Of a DNA stretch of 64,000 nucleotides, positions 50,846 through 60,829 are shown one piece after another. The notes below the pieces were generated by a model. That model worked only from the letters and a program-made list of their open reading frames with translations. It searched no databases and was not told the DNA's origin. The stretch lies in assembly GCA_965116905.1 (NCBI GenBank), contig OZ220732.1, forward strand, positions 64,001 through 128,000, in the 5' to 3' direction. The DNA comes from Longimicrobiales bacterium. GTDB lineage: Bacteria > Gemmatimonadota > Gemmatimonadetes > Longimicrobiales > Gaopeijiaceae. The position numbers and the translations under genes were made by a program. Each line of letters opens with the position of its first letter. Position 1 is the first letter of the stretch.

Positions 50846-53611
50846 CTAGTGGAAAATCTGGAACCCGAAGTTGAAGCGGCGCGGCATACCGATGTGCACC
50901 TCCGCGTCGTCGGCCTTGTGACTCAGCCGTCCCGCCTCGCGTTCCGCTGCGCTCCAGTACGCGTTGAAGCGGGAGTTGTCCTGCGCATCCTGGATGAACA
51001 CCCTGTCGAGCACGTTGAGCGCGTGCAGGAAGATCTGCACGTTCCCGCCGAAGGCTGCCGCCATCTCCGCGGGAAGCCTGTACGACATGTGGGCGTCGAA
51101 GATCGTGTACCCCGGAGGACGCCACGACTGGACGCCGGCTTCAGCGTCGGTGGTTCGCGAGAAGGGGTCGAAGTTGGCGTAGTGCTTCCCGTAGGTCCTT
51201 CCGACCAGCCGACCATAGAATCCGCCGCTCGGGAACACTGAGAGCGAGTACGCCACCTGGAACTGGGGTGCGTCGCCCACGTAGAGGTCCTTCACATAGA
51301 AGGTGTAGTCCAGCGTCTCCGACTGCCGGTCCTCGGCGCGGAAGCTGCCCGAGATGTCGTCCGTGTACTTCCAGTCGCCGAAGGACAGGGCACCATCGAA
51401 GCGCATGAAGTCGGATGGTTGGAAAGCGCCCTCCAGTTCAACCCCCATGTGGCGCGCGTCCATTCCGAGCAAGCGGATGATCGCGTGCTCGTTTTCCCCG
51501 AAGAAGTCCCTCGCGAAGCGTGTGCCGGTCCGGTCGTTCCACTGGGTGAAGTAGACGTTTGCGTCGAATGAGAACTGCCGGTTCAGCGAGCGGAATCGCG
51601 TCCCCGCTTCGAACGACGAAAAGGTCTCGTTCTGGGGGTTGGCGAGCAGTACGCCCTCACGGTCGTCGATCACGCCGTCGAAGATCGGAACCTTCGACAC
51701 CAGGCCGACGTTCCCGTACACCGACCACTCGGGGTCGAGATTGCGCTGCGCGCCGCCCTTGACCTGATAGCCGGTCAGGCCGCCGCTGCTCACTTGGTGA
51801 AAGCCGCCGCTGCCGCCGCCCCTGGCGAAGAAGTCGACGAAGTCGTAGGAGATGCGTGAGACACCCGCCATTCCGTAGAACGAACCCGCCAGCGATGACT
51901 TCTCGGCCTGCAGGTGGACGCCGACCCAGTTTACGTCGTTCTCGTTGTGGTAGTTGATCTTGTCGCCCAGGCTGCGGTTGCCCTCCGCTTCGGTCCAGAA
52001 GTCCGAGCTGCACCCACGGAAACAGTCGTTGTAGAACGTGCCGCCCAGCAGGTCGCGCACCTCCCGATAGTGCGCGATCGTGGCAGTCCGCCAATCAACG
52101 CCGAAGTTGGCAACCAACCCGTCGTCGAAGTCCTTCTGGAGCTTGGCGATGGCGCCCCATGTGGTCTGATTGTTGACCGAATTCCGAAGAATGCCGTAGG
52201 ACGCGCCGTCATCGTTTCCGCGGTTCCGCGCGATCGTCGCGTTCCAGTCGGCGACGCGCTGATTGTAGGTGTTGTCCCAGCGCAGCGAGCCGTAGGTGCC
52301 GGTGCCTCCACCACTGCCGCCGGAATAGTACGCGACGGTGTTGGCGGTCAGTCCGTTCCCGAGATACGAGTACCAGTTCAGGTTGACCTGGGGCTTGTGG
52401 AAGTAGTTTTCCCGCTCGTTGAGGAAGTTGCGGTTGTAGCGGCTGGAGACGCCCGCGCCGGGACCGCTGCTGTTGAACTGGCGCCCGTTGTAGCTGGGGT
52501 CCACGCCTGCGACGTTGGGACTCCAGAAGCGCCCGGCCTCGTTGGCGAATCGGGCAAGGCCAGCTGGATCATAGTCACTCAGCGAGGCCGCGAACTCGCG
52601 GTCCAGCGTGGCGATATTCAGCCTGTAGGACCTCTGGCCGTGGCGCTGGGGCGCCCCGAGAGCGTAGAACTCCAGCCGGTTGCGGTCGCTGAACCGGTAT
52701 TGCGACGCGACGTAGAAGGACCATGAGTCCTGCCAGACCCCGTCGATGATGCCGTCGGCGGTCGTGCGAACCCCCGAAGCGGACATCGAGAAATCGCCGA
52801 CCGGCCCCGTTGCGGCGGTCATTGTCGTCTTCAGGAAGTTCCCGCTGCCGAATTCCTGCTTGAAGATGTACCCCGGATTCGCGGGACTCGGGTCGGTGAG
52901 CACGTTCAGCGTGCCGCCGATGGACGGCGTGGCCAGATTGACCGCGCTGAGACCGCGCTGGAGTTGGATGCTGGTGGCGACGTCACCCGCCCCCTGCCAG
53001 TTCGACCAGTAGACCCAGCCGTTCTCCATGTCGTTCACGGGGACGCCGTTGATCATCACGGCGGTGTTGCGCTGGCTGAAGCCCCGCACGTTGATGCGCG
53101 CGTCGCCCGCCCCGCCGCCCTGTGCGGTCGCGTAGACCGACGGGGTGACGTTCAGGACCAGGGGCAGGTCACGCGACCCGAGCTGAGCCTGGATCTCCGC
53201 CTTGGAGACATCCGTGAAGGCCACTGGCGTACGCCGCTCCTCGGCACGTTCTGCAAACACCTCGATGCCGCCCAGCGCCAGCGCCGACGAGGTCATCGCG
53301 AAGTCGGCGACCACGGTGCCGCCGCCTTCTACCGTGAGCAACTGGCTCGCGGACGAGTATCCGATCAGCTCCACCGAAATGGTGTACGAGCCGGCGGGCA
53401 CGCCCACCACGTTGAACCGTCCGCTGTCGTTGGTCAGGCCGCCGTACTGCGCGCCGGTCTGGTCCTGTACCAGCACCACCTGGGCGCTCCCCAGGCCCGA
53501 TCCATCGGAGGTGACCATTCCGGTCACCGTACCGGTCTGCTGGGCGCTCAGCGGCAGCGCCAGAAACAGGGCTGCACCCAGCAGGCATGATGTTGAACGA
53601 AGTAGCTTCAT
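50846..53611 (-). CDS. TonB-dependent receptor
   Basis: Signal peptide, carboxypeptidase-regulatory-like N-domain, plug (INVRGF, INGVPVND), C-terminal RRFNFGFQIFH. Confidence 0.93.
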   Translation of the reverse strand: MKLLRSTSCLLGAALFLALPLSAQQTGTVTGMVTSDGSGLGSAQVVLVQDQTGAQYGGLTNDSGRFNVVGVPAGSYTISVELIGYSSASQLLTVEGGGTVVADFAMTSSALALGGIEVFAERAEERRTPVAFTDVSKAEIQAQLGSRDLPLVLNVTPSVYATAQGGGAGDARINVRGFSQRNTAVMINGVPVNDMENGWVYWSNWQGAGDVATSIQLQRGLSAVNLATPSIGGTLNVLTDPSPANPGYIFKQEFGSGNFLKTTMTAATGPVGDFSMSASGVRTTADGIIDGVWQDSWSFYVASQYRFSDRNRLEFYALGAPQRHGQRSYRLNIATLDREFAASLSDYDPAGLARFANEAGRFWSPNVAGVDPSYNGRQFNSSGPGAGVSSRYNRNFLNERENYFHKPQVNLNWYSYLGNGLTANTVAYYSGGSGGGTGTYGSLRWDNTYNQRVADWNATIARNRGNDDGASYGILRNSVNNQTTWGAIAKLQKDFDDGLVANFGVDWRTATIAHYREVRDLLGGTFYNDCFRGCSSDFWTEAEGNRSLGDKINYHNENDVNWVGVHLQAEKSSLAGSFYGMAGVSRISYDFVDFFARGGGSGGFHQVSSGGLTGYQVKGGAQRNLDPEWSVYGNVGLVSKVPIFDGVIDDREGVLLANPQNETFSSFEAGTRFRSLNRQFSFDANVYFTQWNDRTGTRFARDFFGENEHAIIRLLGMDARHMGVELEGAFQPSDFMRFDGALSFGDWKYTDDISGSFRAEDRQSETLDYTFYVKDLYVGDAPQFQVAYSLSVFPSGGFYGRLVGRTYGKHYANFDPFSRTTDAEAGVQSWRPPGYTIFDAHMSYRLPAEMAAAFGGNVQIFLHALNVLDRVFIQDAQDNSRFNAYWSAAEREAGRLSHKADDAEVHIGMPRRFNFGFQIFH

Positions 53612-53961
53612 TCGGATCTCCCTTCTCTCCCAGTTTGTCCCAGGTTCAAGGTGACGGCGGCAACGCCTTTCGCGCCGATTCCCCCGTCCTTCCCGGCGGT
53701 CCCGTGTCCCCTGCCGCCGTGCCCCAGGATGATACCCCGACACCGGAACGGAAGGGTCAAGAGACCGTAACGAAATCGTAACTCCAATTGTTCCACAAAG
53801 TGCGGTCTGCGGGTTCGCGTGACAAGCCCGCGGAGGGTCGGTTGACGAGCTTCGGGCAACCCCGGCCATCCAGCGCTGAGTCGCTCTTTCGAACGGCCGG
53901 ACGGGATCTGGACACGAATCGCGGAACCGCATAGAATCCGTCCGGCAACAAAGGAGGATGG

Positions 53962-54948
53962 ATGATATCCGTGCAAGGGATCACCAAGCGTTACGGCTCC
54001 ATCGTGGCGGTCGACCGGGCCAGTTTCGAGGTGGAGCGAGGGGAAGTGGTGGGCTTCCTGGGACCAAACGGGGCCGGAAAGACCACCACCATGCGCATGC
54101 TGACCGGAACGCTGCAGCCCGACGAGGGCACCATTCGGTTCGACGGCCGGCCGATCTCGGACAACCTGACGGGCGCCAAGGCGCGCGTCGGATACCTGCC
54201 CGAAGCGAATCCCCTCTATGACGACATGCTCGTCTGCGAATTCCTGGAATACGTCGCGCGGCTGCGCGGAATGGACGACGCCGCGGGCCGGACGGGGATC
54301 GAACGGGCGGTGGAGGAGACGGGGCTGGAGGAGGTCTTCTTTCGGCCCATAAGCGAAATCTCGAAGGGGTTCCGGCAGCGCACCGGGATGGCCGGCGCGA
54401 TCCTGCATGAGCCCGAGATCCTCGTCCTGGACGAGCCCACCGAGGGCCTCGACCCCAACCAGCGCGTCGAGATCCGGAAGCTGGTCAGCTCCCTTGGGGG
54501 CGATCGCACGGTCATCCTGAGCACGCACGTCATGCAGGAGGTGGAGGCCACCTGCGACCGGCTGCTGATCATCTCGAAGGGCGCCATCACGGCCGACGGC
54601 ACCGTGGCCGAGCTGATGGACGCCGGACGTGGCATCTCGCGCTACACCGTCGAGGCCGAGGGGGATGGCGTCGCCGAGGCTCTCGAGCAACTGCCCGGTG
54701 TGGCCGACCAGGCGGCCGAGGCCGTCAATGGACGCACGCGCGTCCGTCTCGAGACGACGGGCGATCACGAGCTTCGCCCGGAGATCTTCAGCCTTGCGAC
54801 CGCCCGTGGCTGGGTGCTGTGGGAACTGCACCGCGAACGGGCCACGCTGGAGCAGGTGTTCCGCGAACTGACCATGGACACCGGGGGTGAGCGGGAGCCG
54901 GACGGCGGAGATGAGCGGGAGCCAGGAGAGGAGGGTGGCGAGGAATGA
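53962..54948 (+). CDS. ABC ATP-binding protein, GldA-like
   Basis: GPNGAGKTT, SKGFRQR, LDEPTEGLDPNQ, TLEQVF. Confidence 0.9.
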   Translation: MISVQGITKRYGSIVAVDRASFEVERGEVVGFLGPNGAGKTTTMRMLTGTLQPDEGTIRFDGRPISDNLTGAKARVGYLPEANPLYDDMLVCEFLEYVARLRGMDDAAGRTGIERAVEETGLEEVFFRPISEISKGFRQRTGMAGAILHEPEILVLDEPTEGLDPNQRVEIRKLVSSLGGDRTVILSTHVMQEVEATCDRLLIISKGAITADGTVAELMDAGRGISRYTVEAEGDGVAEALEQLPGVADQAAEAVNGRTRVRLETTGDHELRPEIFSLATARGWVLWELHRERATLEQVFRELTMDTGGEREPDGGDEREPGEEGGEE

Positions 54949-57320
54949 TGAAGCAGATCGTGCTCGTGGCCCGCAAGGAGCTCCGGAGCTTCTTCGACCA
55001 GCCCATCGCCTATGTCCTGGCGGTGGCTTTCCTGGGTCTGGGGCTGTACATGGCGTTTCGGTCCCTCTATGCGGTGTCGGCGGCCAGCCTGCGGCCGTTC
55101 TTCGACCTGCTCCCGTGGCTGCTCGTGGTGTTCGTTCCCGCCGTGGCGATGAAGAGCCTGGCCGAAGAACGTCGGGGCAGAACGCTGGAATGGCTCCTGG
55201 CGCAGCCGCTGACGGAGACGGAGATCGTCCTGGGCAAATTCCTTGGAAGCTGGCTCTTCATCCTGATCACGTTCGCCGGCACGCTGCCGATGGCGGTCGG
55301 CGTCCTGATGGCTTCCGAGGCGGATCCGGGCATCATGGTCGCGCAGTATGTGGGCGCGTCGCTCCTTGCGGCACAGATGCTGTCGGTGGGGATCTGGGCG
55401 TCGTCCATGACGCGCAACCAGATCACCGCGTTCATCGCCGGGGCGTTCACCTGCTTCATGCTGGTGCTGATCGGGACGCCGATTGTCCAGATCGGCCTGC
55501 CGCGCCTGATCGGGGGGTGGGCGGTCCAGCTCTCGGTGCTGAGCCACTTCGAGAACGTGGCGCGCGGCGTGATCGACCTGCGCGACCTGCTCTACTTCGT
55601 CTCCACCTGCGGGCTGTTCCTGTTGCTGGCGGTCGCGGCGCTCGGCCACGAACGTCTGAGCCGCCAAAGCGAGGCCTTCCGCCGCCTGAGACTCGGGACC
55701 GGCGTCATCGCGCTCGGGGTCCTCGTCCTCAACCTCCTTGGCGGACACGTCCGGGGGCGCCTGGACCTGACCCGGGGCGATCTCTTCACCCTTTCGGAGG
55801 GCAGCCGCGAGATCCTGGGCAGCCTGGACGACGTCGTGAACCTCAGCTTCTTCGTGAGCGACGACCTGCCCCAGGAGATCCAGCTCACGGAGCGCGACGT
55901 GCGCGACCTGATCGCCGACCTCGAGAACGCGTCGAACGACATGCTCGCGGTCTCGGTGGTCAATCCGGACGACGGGGAGGACGCGGCCGACGAGGCGAGT
56001 TCCCTCGGCATCGCACCCATCGAGTTCAATGTCCTCCGTGACGACGAACTGCAGGTGAGGCGCGGCTATTTCGGGCTGGCCGTCACCTACGCCGACGAGC
56101 AGGAGACGATCCCCGTCATCGACCGGGCCGACGACCTCGAGTTCCGGCTTGTGTCGGCGATCGCCAACATGACCATGGACGAACGCCCCACGCTGGCGTT
56201 CATGAGCGGATTCGAGGCAAAGGACCCGTTCTACTACCGGAGCTTCCGCGAGAGCATCGGCGACCGCTACGACGTCACCACCATCGACATCCAGAACGAT
56301 TCGACAGGTGCGCTCACGCCCGATTCCATCGACGTGCTCGTGGTGGCCGCGCCGGCGCAGCCGGTTTCGCCCGATGTGGCGGACGCGATCGACGGCTACC
56401 TGCGGGGCGGGGGCGCGGCGCTACTCTTGATGGAGCGTCACGGGATGAACCCGCAGGCGCCGACATCGATGCCGATCGTCACCGGGCTCGAGGACCTTCT
56501 GGCGGCGCGCGGCGTGGAGGCTTCCGGGGACCTGGTCGTGGACCTGGCGTCGGCCGAACGCGTCTCGATGCGGCAGGGGATCTTCAACGTGATCCGGCCG
56601 TATCCGCTGTGGCCCGTGGCGTTTCGGGGCGACGATCACGCCACCAGCCGCGACCTGGACAACGTCAGCTTCGGCTGGGCCGCGCCCTTCACCTGGGAAG
56701 AGGGGGATCCGGCGGTGACCGCGCTGTGGAACACCACCGAGGGCGGCGCGCGCCAGCCGCCCGGAGGCCTCATCGCGCCGGGGATGGACCTCGGCGTGAC
56801 CGAGGAGGATCTGGGAATTCACACGTTCGCGGTCGCGGTGGATCCGTCGGCGGCGGACGCCGTGGACGCGGAGACCGGCGAGGAGGCGGTGGAGGACGGC
56901 GGGGACGCGGCGGACGGCGGGGACGCGGCGGACGGCGGTGATGCGGAGGCCATCGGTGACGAGGCGGACGCGGACGAATCCGCCGGCCCCATACCGGGAG
57001 GCAGGATCATCGCGGTCGGGGACGGGGATTTCCTGGAAGACCGATTCGTCCAGTCCAACTCGCAAAACCTGGTGTTTGCGGCAAACGCGGTGGATTGGCT
57101 CGCTCAGGACGAAGCGCTGATCGGGATCCGCTCCAAGGACCGCACACCGCCTACCCTCGCGTTCGAGTCCGAGGCCGGGAAGAACGCATTGAAATGGGGG
57201 TCCCTGGTCGGGGTGCCGGTGCTGTTCATGCTGTTCGGCTTCCTGCGCGTCAACGGGCGGACCACGCGGGCCGAACGCCGATGGAACGAGACCGCAGAGG
57301 GGGGTGCCAACGATGAGTGA
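54945..57320 (+). CDS. Fused GldF-like permease and GldG-like auxiliary domain
   Basis: ARKELRSFF, AEERRGRTLEWL, NQITAF, RLDLT, NAVDWL. Confidence 0.85.
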   Translation: MMKQIVLVARKELRSFFDQPIAYVLAVAFLGLGLYMAFRSLYAVSAASLRPFFDLLPWLLVVFVPAVAMKSLAEERRGRTLEWLLAQPLTETEIVLGKFLGSWLFILITFAGTLPMAVGVLMASEADPGIMVAQYVGASLLAAQMLSVGIWASSMTRNQITAFIAGAFTCFMLVLIGTPIVQIGLPRLIGGWAVQLSVLSHFENVARGVIDLRDLLYFVSTCGLFLLLAVAALGHERLSRQSEAFRRLRLGTGVIALGVLVLNLLGGHVRGRLDLTRGDLFTLSEGSREILGSLDDVVNLSFFVSDDLPQEIQLTERDVRDLIADLENASNDMLAVSVVNPDDGEDAADEASSLGIAPIEFNVLRDDELQVRRGYFGLAVTYADEQETIPVIDRADDLEFRLVSAIANMTMDERPTLAFMSGFEAKDPFYYRSFRESIGDRYDVTTIDIQNDSTGALTPDSIDVLVVAAPAQPVSPDVADAIDGYLRGGGAALLLMERHGMNPQAPTSMPIVTGLEDLLAARGVEASGDLVVDLASAERVSMRQGIFNVIRPYPLWPVAFRGDDHATSRDLDNVSFGWAAPFTWEEGDPAVTALWNTTEGGARQPPGGLIAPGMDLGVTEEDLGIHTFAVAVDPSAADAVDAETGEEAVEDGGDAADGGDAADGGDAEAIGDEADADESAGPIPGGRIIAVGDGDFLEDRFVQSNSQNLVFAANAVDWLAQDEALIGIRSKDRTPPTLAFESEAGKNALKWGSLVGVPVLFMLFGFLRVNGRTTRAERRWNETAEGGANDE

Positions 57321-58203
57321 GAAGTCCCTGCGCGCGTCGCTGTACTTCCTCGGCGCGGTCGTGGCACTGTACGTGGTGGCTCGGCTGGCCGGCGGCGCAG
57401 GTGGAGGCGCGACAACGACCGATTCCGACCTCGCGGAGGCTTTCGGGTCCATCGACACGGAGGTCCTTTCGGTCATCGAAATCGCCGGTCCCACGGACGC
57501 GATACGGCTGGAGAGGGCCGGCGATGCGTGGACCGTGAACGGTTTCGAGGCCGACTCGAGCGCCGTTGCCCGTCTTCTGAGGGCGATCGACGAGGTGGAC
57601 GTGGCCGGCGTGGCCGCCACCAACCCGGCGAATCACGCGCGCCTTGGGATCACCGCCGACAGCGCGTGGACACTGACCGCCGACGGTGGCGGCACGGTGC
57701 TCCTGGGGAAGACCGGCAATCGCTTCCGAACCTCGTACGCCCGGCTGCCGGATGCCGACGTGGTCAGCCTGATCGAGGGTGACCTGCGTTCTGCGGCGGC
57801 AAGGCCGCTCTTCGATTGGCGCAACAAGGTGGTGCTGCAGGCGGATACGGCTGCAGTGACGAGTATTCGCGTGAACAGGGACGGCCAGGAGATCCTCTAC
57901 GAGCGGCAGGACTCCGTCTGGACGACGGGCGGCGAGGAGGCCGATCCGACAACGGTTCGCAACATACTCCAGGAGCTGGCCGGGTTGCGCGCAAGCGGTT
58001 TCGCCCCGCAGGATGCCGAGATGCCGGCCGAGCCCGATCGACTTGTACAGGCCATGGACGCGGCGGGGAGCGAGGTCGCCTCAATCGCGCTCGTGGAGGA
58101 GGATGGCAACTTCCGGGTCTCCACGTCGGCAGGCCCCTACATTATCGAGATCCCCCCCTTCCGGGCCGACAGGATCGCTCCCGCGCCGCCGGACGACAGC
58201 TGA
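57313..58203 (+). CDS. DUF4340 domain protein
   Basis: N-terminal TM, duplicated W..AD...V..L module, DWRNK; usual Gld-ABC neighbour. Confidence 0.78.
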   Translation: MSEKSLRASLYFLGAVVALYVVARLAGGAGGGATTTDSDLAEAFGSIDTEVLSVIEIAGPTDAIRLERAGDAWTVNGFEADSSAVARLLRAIDEVDVAGVAATNPANHARLGITADSAWTLTADGGGTVLLGKTGNRFRTSYARLPDADVVSLIEGDLRSAAARPLFDWRNKVVLQADTAAVTSIRVNRDGQEILYERQDSVWTTGGEEADPTTVRNILQELAGLRASGFAPQDAEMPAEPDRLVQAMDAAGSEVASIALVEEDGNFRVSTSAGPYIIEIPPFRADRIAPAPPDDS

Positions 58204-58264
58204 TACAGATGTCCGGCGGTCGTTGCGGGCCGTCGGGCCCGAGGCCGCCAGCAAGGAGCCGAGC

Positions 58265-60043
58265 ATGAGTCAGAGCCCCGCGTATGATGCGATCGTCGTG
58301 GGGTCGGGAGCGGGTGGCGGCATGGCGGCGCTCATTCTGGCGACCTCCGGGCTCCGCGTGCTCCTGCTGGAGGCGGGACGGGACTACGACCCGATCCGCG
58401 AGACCCCGATGTTCCAGTTGCCGAAGGACGCCCCCCTGCGGGCCGCGGGCACGCCGGAGAAGCCCTTCGGTTTCTACGACGCGACGGTGGACGGGGGCTG
58501 GCAGGTCCCGGGCGAGCCCTACTCGGTGGCCGATGGCTCCGAATTCCTGTGGTGGCGCTCGCGCATGCTGGGCGGACGCACCAACCACTGGGGCCGGATC
58601 TCGCTCCGCATGGGCGAATACGACTTCAAGCCGCACTCGCGCGACGGCCTGGGGTTCGACTGGCCGATGGACTACGAGGACCTCGCGCCGTACTACGACA
58701 GGACCGAAGCGCTGATCGGCGTCTACGGGTCGAACGAGGGACTCGAGAACACGCCCAACTCGTCTCCGGGTGTGCTGCAGCCGCCTCCGCGGCCGCGGGC
58801 GTACGAGCTCCTGACCCGCAAGGCGTGCCGCCGCATGGGAATCCCGGTGATTCCGGCCCATCTGGCGATCATGACGCAGACCCAGGACGCGGACCGGCTG
58901 CCGGGCGAGATCTTCCCCGGCAACGACCTGGCCCGGCGCGTGACCGCCGACTCCATGCGGGGGCGCGCCGCGTGCTACTGGGCGACGCCGTGCGGACGCG
59001 GCTGCTCGATCCGCGCCAACTTCCAGTCGACGACCGTCCTGCTGCCCCCCGGGCTCGCCACGGGGAACCTCGAGGTGCGCACGGGAGCGATGGTCCGCGA
59101 GGTCACCGTCGATTCGCAGGGGCGGGCGACCGGGGTCCACTACGTCGACAAGGCCACGCTGCTCGACGAATTCGCCTCGGCGCGCGTCGTCGTGCTTGCC
59201 GCGAGTGCCTGCGAGTCCGCGCGCATCCTGCTCAACTCCACGAGCAGCCTCTTCCCCGATGGCCTGGCCAATTCCTCCGGCCTCGTCGGCAAGTACGTGA
59301 TGGACACTGTGGGCGCGGGCGTGTACGCGCACATCCCCGCGCTGCAGGCGCTGCCCCCGCACAATGAGGACGGCGCGAGCGCGATGCACATGTACATGCC
59401 GTGGTGGCTGTACGGCCAGCAGCTGGCCGGCCAACTCGACTTCCCGCGCGGCTACCACATCGAGTTCGGCGGCGGCCGCCGCATGCCCGGCTACGGGGCC
59501 TTCGCCGGCCTCGAACCCCTCACGGGCGGCAGCTACGGACAGCGCTTCAAGGACGACTGCCGCCGCTATTACGGCAGCTTCCTCTTCTTCGACGGGCGCG
59601 GCGAGATGATCCCGAACGAGGACTGCTACTGCGAGATCGATCCGGACAAGGTCGACCGGTACGGCATACCCGTCCTCAGGTTCCACTGGAAGTGGGCCGA
59701 CCACGAACTCAACCAGGCCCTGCACATGCAGCGCACCTTCGCGGAGATCGTGGACGAGATGGGCGGCCAGCTGCTGACCACGGTGGCGAGCAACGGCGCC
59801 GACGCGATCTCGAGGGGAGGTGAGATCATCCACGAGGTGGGCGGGGCGCGCATGGGTGACGATCCGCGGACGTCGGTGCTGAACGAGTTCGGCCAGTCGT
59901 GGGACGTGCCCAATCTGTTCGTGACGGACGGAGCGCCCTTCGTATCGAACGCGGACAAGAACCCGACGCTGTCGATCATGGCGATCGCGTGGCGCGCCAG
60001 TGACTACATCGTCGAGCAGCTTCGGCAGAGGAGCATCGGATGA
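58265..60043 (+). CDS. GMC family oxidoreductase
   Basis: VVGSGAGG, LGGRTNHWG, HEVGGARMG, KNPTL. Confidence 0.93.
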   Translation: MSQSPAYDAIVVGSGAGGGMAALILATSGLRVLLLEAGRDYDPIRETPMFQLPKDAPLRAAGTPEKPFGFYDATVDGGWQVPGEPYSVADGSEFLWWRSRMLGGRTNHWGRISLRMGEYDFKPHSRDGLGFDWPMDYEDLAPYYDRTEALIGVYGSNEGLENTPNSSPGVLQPPPRPRAYELLTRKACRRMGIPVIPAHLAIMTQTQDADRLPGEIFPGNDLARRVTADSMRGRAACYWATPCGRGCSIRANFQSTTVLLPPGLATGNLEVRTGAMVREVTVDSQGRATGVHYVDKATLLDEFASARVVVLAASACESARILLNSTSSLFPDGLANSSGLVGKYVMDTVGAGVYAHIPALQALPPHNEDGASAMHMYMPWWLYGQQLAGQLDFPRGYHIEFGGGRRMPGYGAFAGLEPLTGGSYGQRFKDDCRRYYGSFLFFDGRGEMIPNEDCYCEIDPDKVDRYGIPVLRFHWKWADHELNQALHMQRTFAEIVDEMGGQLLTTVASNGADAISRGGEIIHEVGGARMGDDPRTSVLNEFGQSWDVPNLFVTDGAPFVSNADKNPTLSIMAIAWRASDYIVEQLRQRSIG

Positions 60044-60807
60044 GCGAGGATCCAAAGGGCGGTCCAAGGGAGTCCGGCGTCGCGGCTGCCGGCGAGTCGG
60101 CCGCAACAAGGGGCGCGCCGGATCCGGACGCGATTTCGCGCCGCGGTGCGCTCAAGGTCATCGCGGCCACGGCGGCATTGGGCACCGCGGCTTCATGTGC
60201 CCCTGACAACGCGGCCCGGTCTACCGAGTCCGCCCACGAGGCCCTGTCCGGCTTCGAGCCCCTGCCACCGGCCAATCCCCGCGCTGCGGGCACGCCGACC
60301 GATCCGGACATGCTGGCGCCCGTGGTCCCCTGGGACATGGTCCTCACCGACGAGGAGATACGCCAGATCGCTGCACTGGCCGACGTGATCATCCCGGCGG
60401 ACGCGGCATCGCCGGCAGCCAGCGCCGTGGGTGTGCCCGACTACGTCAACGAGTTCGTATCCGCACCCGCCCACACGGAACAGCTGACCCAGCTGCGCGG
60501 CGGCCTGGCCTGGCTCAACCGCACCGCGCGGGAACGCTTCGGCGCCGAGGACTTCCCCGCCCTGGCGGCGGCCCAGAAGCACGAGATCTGCGACGAGATA
60601 TGCTTCGAGCCCGACGCGCCCGAGGAACTCAAGCCCCAGGCGCGCTTCTTCGACGCCTTCCGCGACATGTGCTCGACCGGATTCTGGACCACAGAAGAGG
60701 GGATGCGCGACCTTGGTTACGTGGGCAACATCCCGCTGCCCAGTTTCGACGGGCCGCCGCCCGAAGTGCTGGAACGGCTGGGGTTGGCGGGGGAGGATCT
60801 GGCTTGA
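60040..60807 (+). CDS. Gluconate 2-dehydrogenase subunit 3 family (Tat-exported partner)
   Basis: SRRGALK Tat motif, LADVIIP, GFWTT.EG..DLGY.GN. Confidence 0.88.
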   Translation: MSEDPKGGPRESGVAAAGESAATRGAPDPDAISRRGALKVIAATAALGTAASCAPDNAARSTESAHEALSGFEPLPPANPRAAGTPTDPDMLAPVVPWDMVLTDEEIRQIAALADVIIPADAASPAASAVGVPDYVNEFVSAPAHTEQLTQLRGGLAWLNRTARERFGAEDFPALAAAQKHEICDEICFEPDAPEELKPQARFFDAFRDMCSTGFWTTEEGMRDLGYVGNIPLPSFDGPPPEVLERLGLAGEDLA

Positions 60808-60829
60808 GGGGCGCCAGCCAACGCTCAAC

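Noticed and set aside
53962..58203. Gliding-motility locus
   Set aside because: GldA/F/G-like plus DUF4340 clusters are widespread ABC systems; no motor or T9SS genes are present here
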